A DNA stretch of 64,000 bases, from positions 4,169-68,168 of IMG/VR virus record IMGVR_UViG_3300042564_004954. One strand, 5' to 3'. This document shows, one piece after another, positions 1 through 9,109 of the stretch. The stretch comes from a virus (lineage: Duplodnaviria; Caudoviricetes). The number at the start of each line of letters is the position of its first letter. The stretch's first letter is position 1. Below the pieces are notes generated by a model, which saw only the letters and a program-made list of their open reading frames with translations, ran no database searches and had not been told where the DNA came from. The translations under genes were made by a program, and so were the position numbers.

Positions 1-116
1 TATGTGGATAGCAATAATAGTTTTAGCATCTCTGGCAACATTTGCAGTATGTTATGTCATTTATAAAGCTAGTGATGACGATCTTTGGGATTAAAGAATA
101 ATAATAGAATAAAATT

Positions 117-551
117 ATGAGTGATACACCAGAATCCGATAAAGCAAAAATCGCGTTTACTTCGCTGTTTGCTAATGACGATGCCTATTGGGTTCCTTTC
201 AAAGTTTCCTGCAAACTAGAACGCGAGCGCGACGAGGTACTATCCGACTTGGAATTTAGGCGCGATCTTTTCAAACTTCAAGAGCAACAGCTCAATGATG
301 TGAGGGCTGAACGCGATGAAGCAAGAGAGACTGCTGAAAGGTATCGTTTAGAGGCGAATGCTATGATGATGCAACGCGACATGCTGGCGGAGGCCGCACG
401 AACACTGCCAGATTACGATGCTGGACTTCTAAATGACTTCGGCGGCGGTGACGCAGGATGGTGGCAAGACTACATCCGCGCTGAAATTGGACGAGCGAAC
501 GACTACTGGCGTGCTGCCCTCGCCGCAGTGAAAGGAGAAAACAATGAGTGA
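117..551 (+). CDS. hypothetical coiled-coil phage protein
   Basis: 144-aa ORF with ERERDE/ERDEARE repeats; overlaps the next start. Confidence 0.7.
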   Translation: MSDTPESDKAKIAFTSLFANDDAYWVPFKVSCKLERERDEVLSDLEFRRDLFKLQEQQLNDVRAERDEARETAERYRLEANAMMMQRDMLAEAARTLPDYDAGLLNDFGGGDAGWWQDYIRAEIGRANDYWRAALAAVKGENNE

Positions 552-741
552 TACTAAAAAAACTGAAAAGAGAATCAAGTACCTCGAAAAGAAACTTGCT
601 TCTTATAAAGAACTTTTTGAAGAAAGCAAAGTAATAATTAATAAACAAAGAATGGATGTTATTCGTGAACGAGCTTGGCGAATAAGTTTTCGGAAACTGA
701 TGCAGGAGGCAGTTGAAGATGATGATTTTCAACATCTTTAA
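544..741 (+). CDS. hypothetical protein
   Basis: 65-aa ORF coupled to the upstream gene. Confidence 0.65.
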   Translation: MSDTKKTEKRIKYLEKKLASYKELFEESKVIINKQRMDVIRERAWRISFRKLMQEAVEDDDFQHL

Positions 742-762
742 AAATATTAATATAACAAAATT

Positions 763-1023
763 ATGCCAAACTTTAGAATTGTAAAAGAATATCGCAATAG
801 AAACTCTAAATTAAGTAAATATAAATTTTACATTCAAAAAAAATGGCTTTTTGGGTGGAATGATGTTGTTCCTTATGATATTGATTCTGAGTTTTATGGC
901 AGGGGATTGAGTTGGGATACTTTTGAAGAGGCACTTGAAATTTATCGTGAAATTGAAGAAGTTCTCAAAATCCAAAGAAAAAAAACAGAAGTTGTTTGGC
1001 CTTCACCTCGCCGCGAATTTTAA
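763..1023 (+). CDS. hypothetical protein
   Basis: 86-aa ORF with FYIQKKWLFGW, A-rich upstream. Confidence 0.7.
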   Translation: MPNFRIVKEYRNRNSKLSKYKFYIQKKWLFGWNDVVPYDIDSEFYGRGLSWDTFEEALEIYREIEEVLKIQRKKTEVVWPSPRREF

Positions 1024-1040
1024 ATTAATTTAATACTAGA

Positions 1041-1217
1041 ATGACTAAAGAAGAATTCCTTTTTCAGCTTTATGAAATTGCCGATTATCCAGAAAATTGG
1101 CTTGACAAACCTAATGTTGTATTCAATAATCAGTACCCGCGAGACATGATGGAAACAGAAGAAGGTCTTGCTAAACTTAAAGAAATGATTGAATTCCTAA
1201 AAAAAGAAACATTTTAA
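1041..1217 (+). CDS. stand-alone MbcA/ParS/Xre antitoxin C-terminal-like protein
   Basis: 58-aa ORF absent from the track: MTKEEFLFQLYEIADYPENWLDKPNVVFNNQYPRDMMETEEGLAKLKEMIEFLKKETF; WLxxPN...P.D..T.EG pattern typical of DUF2384. Confidence 0.65.
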   Translation: MTKEEFLFQLYEIADYPENWLDKPNVVFNNQYPRDMMETEEGLAKLKEMIEFLKKETF

Positions 1218-1219
1218 TT

Positions 1220-1675
1220 ATGAATAGACAATTCTACGCAGTAAGAGAAACAACCCGCAATATTGAAGAGGGTGATTTTACTTTGCGCCTTGCAATGGCA
1301 AAGAAAGTTTTGGATGATAACACCGCTATTCTTGTAGCACATGGTTATGAAGGTGGTGGTTGTTGGTCAGATTACTATGCCGTTTATAAACTGGACGAAT
1401 ATGGGGAGTCTGTAGAAGAAACAATAGAAAGTTTTGTTGGTTTTCCAGATGAAGATACTGAATATTTGCATTATTATGACCAATTAAATGAATATATTAA
1501 TAAATTCTGTGATTTTGATGAAGAATGCGCTCCTTTCTTGAAGAAAGAATGCAGAAAAGATGCCGAATTTGATGAAGAAACAGGAGAATTTGATCATGAA
1601 TGGGATTGGGATGATCAAGTTCACTTTACTGCTAGTGATGAATGGCAGATACTTTATTCTTGGAAAAAAGATTGA
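1220..1675 (+). CDS. acidic hypothetical protein
   Basis: 151-aa D/E-rich ORF. Confidence 0.75.
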   Translation: MNRQFYAVRETTRNIEEGDFTLRLAMAKKVLDDNTAILVAHGYEGGGCWSDYYAVYKLDEYGESVEETIESFVGFPDEDTEYLHYYDQLNEYINKFCDFDEECAPFLKKECRKDAEFDEETGEFDHEWDWDDQVHFTASDEWQILYSWKKD

Positions 1676-1705
1676 CACTAATTCAATCTATGATATGCTT
1701 CAATC
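1672..1705 (+). promoter_or_regulatory. sigma70-type promoter, leaderless
   Basis: TTGACA-16-TATGCT-6 nt-ATG(1706). Confidence 0.7.
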
Positions 1706-1864
1706 ATGAAAGAAAAAGACCCACTCTTGACGCTAATTGAAGAATGGACTGGTAGGGAAGAAACTTCAGCTAAGGTTTTACTTGGTTTTATTAGTTTTTT
1801 CTGTATTTTAGTCTTGGTTTTTGGTTTTTATTTGATTTCTGAGTTGTTTAAATTGATTTTTTAA
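1706..1864 (+). CDS. small membrane protein
   Basis: MKEKDPLL... with hydrophobic VLLGFISFFCILVLVFGFYLI; follows the promoter. Confidence 0.6.
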   Translation: MKEKDPLLTLIEEWTGREETSAKVLLGFISFFCILVLVFGFYLISELFKLIF

Positions 1865-1865
1865 T

Positions 1866-2135
1866 ATGAAAGAGTTTCCCAATGGATTTGCTTCGTGGCA
1901 AGAGACTCACTATGAAGTCGTTGCCGCTATTACTACTGAACTAATGGCGGATTACGAATATAATGAATTTCGTGATGATCTTATTCGTATCACCCTTAGA
2001 GAAAAAGGTCATGGTGGTCTTTATGAATTGGCAAATGATTTAACCGATGAATTTGAATTGCTCAATAAAGATCGTGAGTGGGATGGTGAATTTTTTGAAG
2101 AGATAGAAAGGTTTTTGGATGAAAAGTTCAAATGA
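1866..2135 (+). CDS. hypothetical protein
   Basis: 89-aa ORF starting MKEFPNGFASWQETHYEVV. Confidence 0.75.
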   Translation: MKEFPNGFASWQETHYEVVAAITTELMADYEYNEFRDDLIRITLREKGHGGLYELANDLTDEFELLNKDREWDGEFFEEIERFLDEKFK

Positions 2136-2269
2136 AGATTTAATTAATGCTTTAAAAGAAGCTTCAGATAGAATTAAAGAACTTGAAAAAGAAAAACAAG
2201 AACTATACTGCAAGGTTCGTGAGCTTGAAATGTCTTTAGATGATTTAAGAGCGGCAATTATTAGATGAT

Positions 2270-2479
2270 ATGAAAATGAAACCTAATAAATTTGTTTGTA
2301 TTATTAGTTCACCATTTGAACATACTATAAAGACCGCTGATAGTTTTGCAAGTTTTCCTAAATGGGTCAAAGACTACATTAAAAAACAACATAATAAAGG
2401 AGAATGGATTCTATTTAAGGCGGGTGATGATGGTAAAATTCATCGTTGCTATTCAAATGGAAGAAAAATATTGACTTAG
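2270..2479 (+). CDS. hypothetical protein
   Basis: 69-aa ORF co-oriented with neighbours. Confidence 0.55.
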   Translation: MKMKPNKFVCIISSPFEHTIKTADSFASFPKWVKDYIKKQHNKGEWILFKAGDDGKIHRCYSNGRKILT

Positions 2480-2560
2480 AACCTAAGGGTGATATACTTA
2501 CACTAAATGAAGCACACGCTTTCGACATTTTTAATAAATTAAAATCCAACCAATAATATT

Positions 2561-3037
2561 ATGGGCCTCGACATGTACTTGCTTAAAACTAAAAAGACTA
2601 AACATTCCGTTAAAGAAATCCTCAAACTTGATAGATATGATCTTAAACCAGAGGATGAAGATGTTAAAGACTTTTTGCCGCTTTATAAGTCCAATTTTAT
2701 TGAAGGAAACTATTCTATCTTTGAGGAAGTAGCTTACTGGCGCAAATTTAATGCCCTTCATAGTTGGTTTGTGACTAATGTTCAAATCGGGGTAGATGAT
2801 TGTGGCTCATATGAAGTGTCGCAAGATCATATTGATGATTTACTTTTAACCCTTGAAAATACTTTGGCATATAGAGACCCAACTGATATGATGCCTGTTA
2901 GCGGATTCTTTTTTGGTAGTACAATAGTTGATGAGTATTATTGGCAAAATATGGAAGATACCTACGATAAGATTTATAATATCTCAACAACCTTTGATTG
3001 GGAGAAAGAGAGATTGTTTTATATGTCTAGTTGGTAA
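2561..3037 (+). CDS. conserved phage protein (MGLDMYL / YWRK / GFFFG / YxSSW family)
   Basis: MGLDMYL, AYWRKFNALHSWF, SGFFFGS and terminal YMSSW motifs. Confidence 0.85.
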   Translation: MGLDMYLLKTKKTKHSVKEILKLDRYDLKPEDEDVKDFLPLYKSNFIEGNYSIFEEVAYWRKFNALHSWFVTNVQIGVDDCGSYEVSQDHIDDLLLTLENTLAYRDPTDMMPVSGFFFGSTIVDEYYWQNMEDTYDKIYNISTTFDWEKERLFYMSSW

Positions 3038-3063
3038 AACAAGATTATTCTTTATAATAAAGA

Positions 3064-3723
3064 GTGGATAATAATATTTTATCTCAGTTAATTGGCGGTG
3101 GCGGGTGGATATTTCATCTTGTTTTTTATAGAATACCCAAGAATGCAAGCACATCAATGATGGATCATCTTGGATCATTTAATTTAATTAAAAAACATCA
3201 AGAGAAATTCCATGAAATAGCAGATAAAAAAGTATATCGTAATTTTTTTGATCCAACACACGCTAAACCAGATGAGGCGTATAAAGTATTTAAGCACGAA
3301 TTAAGAAACTATTTTTCTTTTTGTGTCGTTAGAAATCCGTGGGATAGAGCAGTTTCAATGCATTCTTTCGCTTTAAAAGAAAAAATCATGCCTTTATATG
3401 GCTTAAAGGCAGATTTAACTTTTGAAGAATTTTGCCAACATCTTAATGACAGAAAAGACGATTATTCATTTATAGCTACGCATAAACAAGTAGAATGGAC
3501 TAAGGGATATTGCCCACCAAAAGTTATTTTGCGGTTTGAGAACTTGCAGGAAGAGTTTCGCGGCATGTTAGAAGAGTACAATATCCAACATATAAAACCA
3601 GATATTCCTCATAAGAATAGCACTAAACATTCCCATTATAAAGATTACTATACCCCAGAGACAAAAAAGATAATTGCTAATGTTTTTGAAGAGGATATAG
3701 ATACTTTTAAATATACCTATTAA
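3064..3723 (+). CDS. sulfotransferase family 2 protein
   Basis: RIPKNASTS (5'-PSB-like), VRNPWDRAVS (3'-PB-like), RFENL, DIDTFKY. Confidence 0.85.
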   Translation: MDNNILSQLIGGGGWIFHLVFYRIPKNASTSMMDHLGSFNLIKKHQEKFHEIADKKVYRNFFDPTHAKPDEAYKVFKHELRNYFSFCVVRNPWDRAVSMHSFALKEKIMPLYGLKADLTFEEFCQHLNDRKDDYSFIATHKQVEWTKGYCPPKVILRFENLQEEFRGMLEEYNIQHIKPDIPHKNSTKHSHYKDYYTPETKKIIANVFEEDIDTFKYTY

Positions 3724-4025
3724 GATTTCGCGGCAAGTAAATGTTGATGCTTCAACACCCAAGGAATAACTAATGCTTCAACACATCTCACATATGCTTC
3801 CTCATCATTGTTTTCCATAAAGGCAATACCAGATAGTCTGAATATCATGTGAGTGACCTCATGAACGAGGGTTTGGTAAAAGAATTCGGGGGTTTTAGTT
3901 GTTGCTTCAGTTCTGATTTTAATTGTTAATAAATCGGAATCGCATTCGCCCCATGCCTCAAGATCTTCCTCATAGATAATCTCAACCTGCCTCCCAAGAA
4001 TATCTAAAGACTTTGGTAGTTGCAT
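3720..4025 (-). CDS. HExxH zinc metallopeptidase-like protein
   Basis: LVHEVTH plus downstream EE; likely start MQLPK at 4025, 10 nt after GTGTAA. Confidence 0.75.
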   Translation of the reverse strand: MQLPKSLDILGRQVEIIYEEDLEAWGECDSDLLTIKIRTEATTKTPEFFYQTLVHEVTHMIFRLSGIAFMENNDEEAYVRCVEALVIPWVLKHQHLLAAKS

Positions 4026-4079
4026 ATACCTTATATTACACCCCAAAAGTATAGTTACAAACGAATTTAAGAAAAAATA

Positions 4080-4490
4080 ACGCTTTGTGAGTTATTTCAA
4101 ACGCATTTGATACATACAAATACCTTGTTTAAGAGAATACAAAGCAACCTGTTAGCACATACAGAAACAGGGTAGGAAAAACACACAAATTCTATTAATA
4201 AATACACCCAAAAACACCCTAGTACACACCAGTTTTTTTGACTATTTTTTAGGTGGTTTTTAGACCCCCAAAATACCCGAAAAACCCTTATTTTATAAGG
4301 GTTTCTCCCACTTCCCCCAATACCCCTTATATACATACTATATAGACAATAACAACAACAAAAACAAAAGCTTTGATTTAACAGAATAGGTTATGAGGAG
4401 AATTGAGAGGTGAAGTACCCGATTTAAAAATATTTTTAATTCAAATTTCCACTTTTTTCAAAAAACCCCTTGTTTTATAGGGTATTTGTG
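4080..4490. other. non-coding region with A-tract/CCC repeats and palindromes; candidate replication origin
   Basis: Repeated AAATAC(A)CC/AAAAAC(A)CC units; palindrome AAACCCTTAT-TTT-ATAAGGGTTT near 4282-4304 and a related one near 4461-4487; lies between divergent genes. Confidence 0.35.
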
Positions 4491-4503
4491 TTATACTACT
4501 ACT

Positions 4504-4737
4504 ATGAAATTCGCTATTATGTGGCTTTTGACGACGATTTTGGGGGCGATTCTCGCCCCCATCGTGGCACTTTTAATCGCTTTAGTTACCTTTTTTACAT
4601 CGTGGATTGCGTTTATGGCGGGTGTCCAGAAGGGGTTAATGAGACTAAAATACCCAAACAATACCCCACTAGCAGAGGAAGAAGATGTGTGGGATCGCCA
4701 TGTAAGAAAACTGCAAGAAAAAGAACAACAAAAATAA
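4504..4737 (+). CDS. small membrane protein
   Basis: MKFAIMWLL... long hydrophobic N-half; TGTTATACT extended -10 just upstream. Confidence 0.7.
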   Translation: MKFAIMWLLTTILGAILAPIVALLIALVTFFTSWIAFMAGVQKGLMRLKYPNNTPLAEEEDVWDRHVRKLQEKEQQK

Positions 4738-4950
4738 CGCTGAATAAATCGAGCGTATTACGAATGAAAACAAACTAAATATATTTATTTTTTATAGTAC
4801 ATTGCTAATGAAGCGCGACCTAATGAATCTTTATCCATCTAGCCTATTTATTCAGGGTTTACACCTGTTCTAACTAGCAACTACAAACTATAACGTCCTA
4901 AATAATCAGTTATATTAAGCGTTGATTATTGTGGCGCAACCCACTCACAG
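4737..4950 (-). ncRNA. candidate non-coding RNA behind a GTGTAA motif
   Basis: No ORF; GTGTAA on minus strand at 4957-4962; inverted repeat CTGAATAAAT(4740-49)/ATTTATTCAG(4846-55). Confidence 0.3.
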
Positions 4951-5001
4951 TATATATTACACCTAAACTACAAATTTTTCCAATCTAAATAAACAAAAAT
5001 A

Positions 5002-5379
5002 ATGCAAAAATTAAACGAAAATTCAATTCAAACACTTATGCCATATACTTTTGCTGGCACATGGGTATTCGATGATAAAATAACTAATCTTGTGCGCGAG
5101 CCTTTTGTTGGTGGTATGAATAACATCATCACGGAGATGGTTAATAATGCGGGAATTAAAGATGCTGATACTGGATTCAGACTTACATTTTCAGCAAATG
5201 CTTTTCCAGATTATACTCATTCGTTTGAATGGTTACGTTTTGAGTTTGGAGGTAATACATATCACTGCCCAGAAAATCAAATGACTGGATGGTTATGCCC
5301 AGCTTTATTGAAATATTTTGAACAAGCACCTAAGAAAATATATGCCAAAGCAGATCCTATAAATAAAAATTATGAATGA
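5002..5379 (+). CDS. DUF6717-like protein
   Basis: WVFDD..LVREPFV.G, FSA..FP and GWLCPALLKYF..AP motifs. Confidence 0.8.
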   Translation: MQKLNENSIQTLMPYTFAGTWVFDDKITNLVREPFVGGMNNIITEMVNNAGIKDADTGFRLTFSANAFPDYTHSFEWLRFEFGGNTYHCPENQMTGWLCPALLKYFEQAPKKIYAKADPINKNYE

Positions 5380-5569
5380 CGAAGTTACAAATAAAGAAGT
5401 TACAAATAATACTGACCCAAATAATGCCGCCGAAGTAGTACCAGAACTTAGCCCCGAAGAAATTAAAAGACAAATAAAAATCTTTCGGCAAATGATTCGT
5501 GGTAATCGCGGCAAGCATAGTAGACAGCGCCAAAATAATGGTGGGTTTGGAAAGTCAAAACGCAAATGA
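5372..5569 (+). CDS. hypothetical protein, basic C-terminus
   Basis: 65-aa coupled ORF. Confidence 0.6.
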   Translation: MNDEVTNKEVTNNTDPNNAAEVVPELSPEEIKRQIKIFRQMIRGNRGKHSRQRQNNGGFGKSKRK

Positions 5570-5877
5570 GTTAGTTACAAATAAATACCTCCTAAATAAA
5601 TGCGCGGACTATTAATCATTCTCTTATATATTTTATCGTTCTTTTTGTTTTCTCAAACCATGGATATCGTCATGGCTCCAGAGAAAATGCATTGGATACA
5701 AAAACTAATTTCTTTTTATGGGTTCTATTTAATTGGTAAACTCAGCAATTTTAAATGATTTTTAATTCCTTTCATTGATTCTCATTTAATCTCACGATTT
5801 TATTTCTTTTTTCAGCTCCGAATTTTTTTTTGATAAAAAAGTGTTGACTCATGTTCTGATTGCTGTATACTACCCCC

Positions 5878-6120
5878 ATGCAAGAGCAAACAAAACAAAG
5901 AGGTCGTCCCAAGGGTAGCAACTCATTCGTTAAGCTGAAGCTTAGTGATTTGATTTCTATCGTTGGAGTCGATGGTGTCGTGCCTGTATCTAAAGTATGG
6001 TTGCGCGAAAAAAATATTGACATCGTGGAGAATGTATCTAAAATCAGACTCGCCGCCGCAGAAGAACCTGTAGCACCAGAAGAGAAGATTGAATTCGCAA
6101 TCACCTCGTTTGAAGACTAA
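5878..6120 (+). CDS. small protein with AT-hook-like RGRPKGS
   Basis: TTGACT-16-TATACT-6-ATG places the start at 5878. Confidence 0.75.
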   Translation: MQEQTKQRGRPKGSNSFVKLKLSDLISIVGVDGVVPVSKVWLREKNIDIVENVSKIRLAAAEEPVAPEEKIEFAITSFED

Positions 6121-6141
6121 CCCCCAACTAAACTAAACAAA

Positions 6142-7041
6142 ATGTTTGACTCCCTCATTGGTCAAGACCACATTAAAAAACAACTTCAGTTCTATGCCGA
6201 GTCCCACAAGGCAACTGGAGTCAGTCCATTCCTTATGTTCAATGGAGCAAAGGGTTTGGGTAAGACAGAATTCGCAAAGCAGTATGCCAAGCAACTGAAG
6301 AAACCATTGCTTGAGATTAACTGCTCTACGATTAAGAACAATGCCCAATTCTTTGAGCAGATCTTCATGCCTGTTATCATGGATAACGAATTGACGATTT
6401 TGTTTGATGAGGCTCACGCATTGCCCAAGGATCTTGTCATGGCATTCCTTACGGTATTCAATGTGGAGAGTGCAAAATCCAAACGCTTTGAATGGCGCGA
6501 GAATACATTTGAATTCAACTTCGAAAAGCAAACTTATATCTTTGCGACTACTGAGTTGGACAAACTATTCCCTCCGTTTAAGGATCGTCTTACCATCATT
6601 GACTTCAAACCATATGAAGCAAATGAGTTGGGTAGTATTCTTGAAGGTCGTCTGGATTGGGTGAACTTCCAAGACAACATCGTAGATGACATTTCCAGGA
6701 CTCTCCGTGGCAATGCTCGCAGTGCAGTTAAACGCGCAAAAGAAATTGAGATGTACTGCGAGAGCAGGAACACCAAGAACTTCGGCGCAAAACAATGGAA
6801 AGAATTGTGCGATCTAGTTGGTATCAAGGCTTATGGTCTTACCAATACCGAGATTGAGATTCTTCATACTCTCAAGAGTCGCGGCGACTGCACATTGGGA
6901 ATGTTGAGTGCGGCAACTGGTTTGTCAAGGACTGCTATTCAGCGAGACGCAGAAACTTATTTGCTTCGTAAAGCCTTGATCAAAATCGAGGGAACAAGAA
7001 AGATCACGCCAGAGGGGACAAAAATACTGGCGAGTGTGTGA
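6142..7041 (+). CDS. ruvB: RuvB-like AAA+ ATPase
   Basis: FDSLIGQ, Walker A GAKGLGKT, Walker B LFDEAH, FATT, PFKDR, C-terminal winged-helix-like E.YLLR...R.IT. Confidence 0.8.
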   Translation: MFDSLIGQDHIKKQLQFYAESHKATGVSPFLMFNGAKGLGKTEFAKQYAKQLKKPLLEINCSTIKNNAQFFEQIFMPVIMDNELTILFDEAHALPKDLVMAFLTVFNVESAKSKRFEWRENTFEFNFEKQTYIFATTELDKLFPPFKDRLTIIDFKPYEANELGSILEGRLDWVNFQDNIVDDISRTLRGNARSAVKRAKEIEMYCESRNTKNFGAKQWKELCDLVGIKAYGLTNTEIEILHTLKSRGDCTLGMLSAATGLSRTAIQRDAETYLLRKALIKIEGTRKITPEGTKILASV

Positions 7042-7123
7042 TGAGGGAAGGGGAGGGGGAATTTTTCCTCCTCCCCAACTTTCCCGTTGACAATATCGGT
7101 TCACACTCATACTCTTTCCCCAC

Positions 7124-7723
7124 ATGATTACTCCAACCTCAATCACAAACTACAACCGCACTGAAGCAGAGTTAGAAGAATTCCTTCTATTCTCTATTAT
7201 GGTGGCAGGTAAGAACTCACAGCAAACCGCAAAGAAGTTAGACTCCTTTCTTTTTGCAACAATGGGTCTTATCTCTCCTCTAGACTGGATTGCTAATTTG
7301 GTCAAGATAAAAGAAAATAAGATTTGCTCGACAGATCCTTTGATGACCTGTATGAAGAACCATAAGCTGGGGCAATATAATAGATTGTTTTCTGCTTTTA
7401 CTGGTATTCTTCAATTCAAGGATAGACTGAGTTCTGTGACAGTGCAAGAACTTGAATCCGTCAAGGGTATTGGGCCTAAGACCGCACGATTCTTTTTGTT
7501 GCACTCTAGACCAAATCAAGAGATTGCAGTACTCGATACTCACATCCTTCATTGGATGCGTGACAATGGTATCAAAGCACCAAAGACTACACCGTCTGGT
7601 GAAAAATATTTGAAGTTTGAGAAAATGTTCATTGACATTGCCAAGAAAAATGATATCTCTATTGCAGATCTCGACCTTCGAATCTGGACAGCATACTCCT
7701 CCAAGAAAAAAACATTAGCATGA
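7124..7723 (+). CDS. HhH-GPD superfamily DNA glycosylase/lyase (OGG-like)
   Basis: LESVKGIGPKTARFFL HhH motif and AVLDTHILHWM. Confidence 0.85.
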   Translation: MITPTSITNYNRTEAELEEFLLFSIMVAGKNSQQTAKKLDSFLFATMGLISPLDWIANLVKIKENKICSTDPLMTCMKNHKLGQYNRLFSAFTGILQFKDRLSSVTVQELESVKGIGPKTARFFLLHSRPNQEIAVLDTHILHWMRDNGIKAPKTTPSGEKYLKFEKMFIDIAKKNDISIADLDLRIWTAYSSKKKTLA

Positions 7724-8130
7724 ATCCCCTACAATACATCGTATCAACAAACGGTCTTGGCATCGCAATCGGCATCTGCGGTAACAAGAAACTCGCACTT
7801 CAAGATGCCACACTTGCTGAAAATATCTATGGATCAAATCATAATGACTCTTTGTTTAACCATTTGCTTTACATGCCTAGCCTTGAGGCATTCAAGAAAT
7901 TTCTAATCGTTAAAGAATATTTCTGTGTTTGGGATGAACACTTTGCCCGAAACAAGGGTACAGGTAGTCGCACCAAGGGTAATGTAATGCAATTCACCCG
8001 CCGCGCAATCAAACGCGCAAGACTTATTATGGATTCTCAAGTTACCTATGAGAACTTCATGCAAAAAATCAGTAACCGCAACCAAGAGTACATGCTTGGC
8101 GCACATCAAGATGAACAAGAAGAAGAATAA
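7720..8130 (+). CDS. hypothetical protein
   Basis: 136-aa ORF with ATGA overlap. Confidence 0.75.
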   Translation: MNPLQYIVSTNGLGIAIGICGNKKLALQDATLAENIYGSNHNDSLFNHLLYMPSLEAFKKFLIVKEYFCVWDEHFARNKGTGSRTKGNVMQFTRRAIKRARLIMDSQVTYENFMQKISNRNQEYMLGAHQDEQEEE

Positions 8131-8143
8131 TATAAAAGAATAT

Positions 8144-8350
8144 ATGAAAATACTTGCACCAAACTTTGAAGACATGGAATCTGTTCTTGATTCCTGTGGT
8201 CACGAACTAATCAATGAAGTTAATATTGCTTATGAAAAACTTGGCAAAGATAATCTTTGGGAGTTGACAGATAAGTTCCTAGAGTTTCAACGCCTCCTTC
8301 GTCAACAAATTAAAGAGATCTGTCCAGACTACAACTTTCAAAACTTCTAA
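8144..8350 (+). CDS. hypothetical protein
   Basis: Likely start MKILAPNF within track ORF 8048..8350. Confidence 0.6.
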   Translation: MKILAPNFEDMESVLDSCGHELINEVNIAYEKLGKDNLWELTDKFLEFQRLLRQQIKEICPDYNFQNF

Positions 8351-8357
8351 TAATTTT

Positions 8358-8435
8358 GGGGAGGTATCGGAACGCACTTCTAATGCGTAGCACCGTAAAG
8401 GATCAATGCAGGTTCGAATCCTGTCCTCCTCACCA
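8358..8435 (+). tRNA. tRNA-like gene, anticodon UCU (Arg), lacking the D arm
   Basis: Acceptor GGGGAGG/CCTCCTC-A-CCA; anticodon arm ACGCA-CTTCTAA-TGCGT; T arm GCAGG-TTCGAAT-CCTGT; only 7 nt where the D arm should be. Confidence 0.85.
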
Positions 8436-8456
8436 ATCTAATAATAAATAAATAAT

Positions 8457-8708
8457 ATGTTTACATTCCTTCAACCAAAAAGACAAGTAGTCATTGAGCA
8501 TAATATCACCTCAAATATTGATGGTGAGAAATTCGCGCCAGTAGTAATTGATGGAAGTTTTTGGGGCAGTGATTTTGATATCTTCAATGGCGACACTCTT
8601 ATCCATGACGATGGTGAGTACGGCAACATCCCTGTCACTTTCCACCAGACATTCTTAACTACCCGCTTGACAGACGAACAACTTCTCCGTAAATACAAGA
8701 ACCAATGA
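8457..8708 (+). CDS. hypothetical protein
   Basis: 83-aa ORF. Confidence 0.65.
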   Translation: MFTFLQPKRQVVIEHNITSNIDGEKFAPVVIDGSFWGSDFDIFNGDTLIHDDGEYGNIPVTFHQTFLTTRLTDEQLLRKYKNQ

Positions 8709-8932
8709 AACTCATTGTAACAAAAGAAGATCTTATCCTTGATACCGAACAAGGAACTTACACAATAAAACGCGCCCATGAAGAAGATGAGTGGCATTCA
8801 ATTACTGAATTTGTTGATTTAAATTTTTTCTACGATTCATATGATGATAAATACCATGCCGCAATCTATCTTGTTTTAGAAGGACAAACCCAAACAGATA
8901 CAGGGTGTGAGATCGAAGTAGAATTTAAATAA
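8705..8932 (+). CDS. hypothetical acidic protein
   Basis: 75-aa ORF, last rightward gene before the strand switch. Confidence 0.7.
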   Translation: MKLIVTKEDLILDTEQGTYTIKRAHEEDEWHSITEFVDLNFFYDSYDDKYHAAIYLVLEGQTQTDTGCEIEVEFK

Positions 8933-9010
8933 TGTGAAATAATAAACTGCCAAATAACAAAATAGCAAATAATAATAAGCTTAATAAACCCGTGGAAATC
9001 GACGGGATTG

Positions 9011-9085
9011 TAAGTGATTGAGGATGAGGGAGTTACGGGGCGAGGGCGGGGCGCAACCCGTAACTCATTGAAACTTAACATGTTA
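9011..9085 (+). repeat. tripartite repeat copy 1 (divergent)
   Basis: TAAGTGATTG..GAGTTAC-[23 bp GGGGCGAGGGCGGGGCGCAACCC]-GTAACTCATTG..ATGTTA. Confidence 0.85.
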
Positions 9086-9109
9086 TAAGGTCGCAAATTG
9101 CGACCTTAT
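9085..9109. terminator. hairpin / probable terminator
   Basis: ATAAGGTCGCA-AAT-TGCGACCTTAT at the end of the leftward block. Confidence 0.6.

Noticed and set aside
4097-4336. 79-aa minus-strand ORF
   Set aside because: Low-complexity translation of the repeat-rich non-coding region
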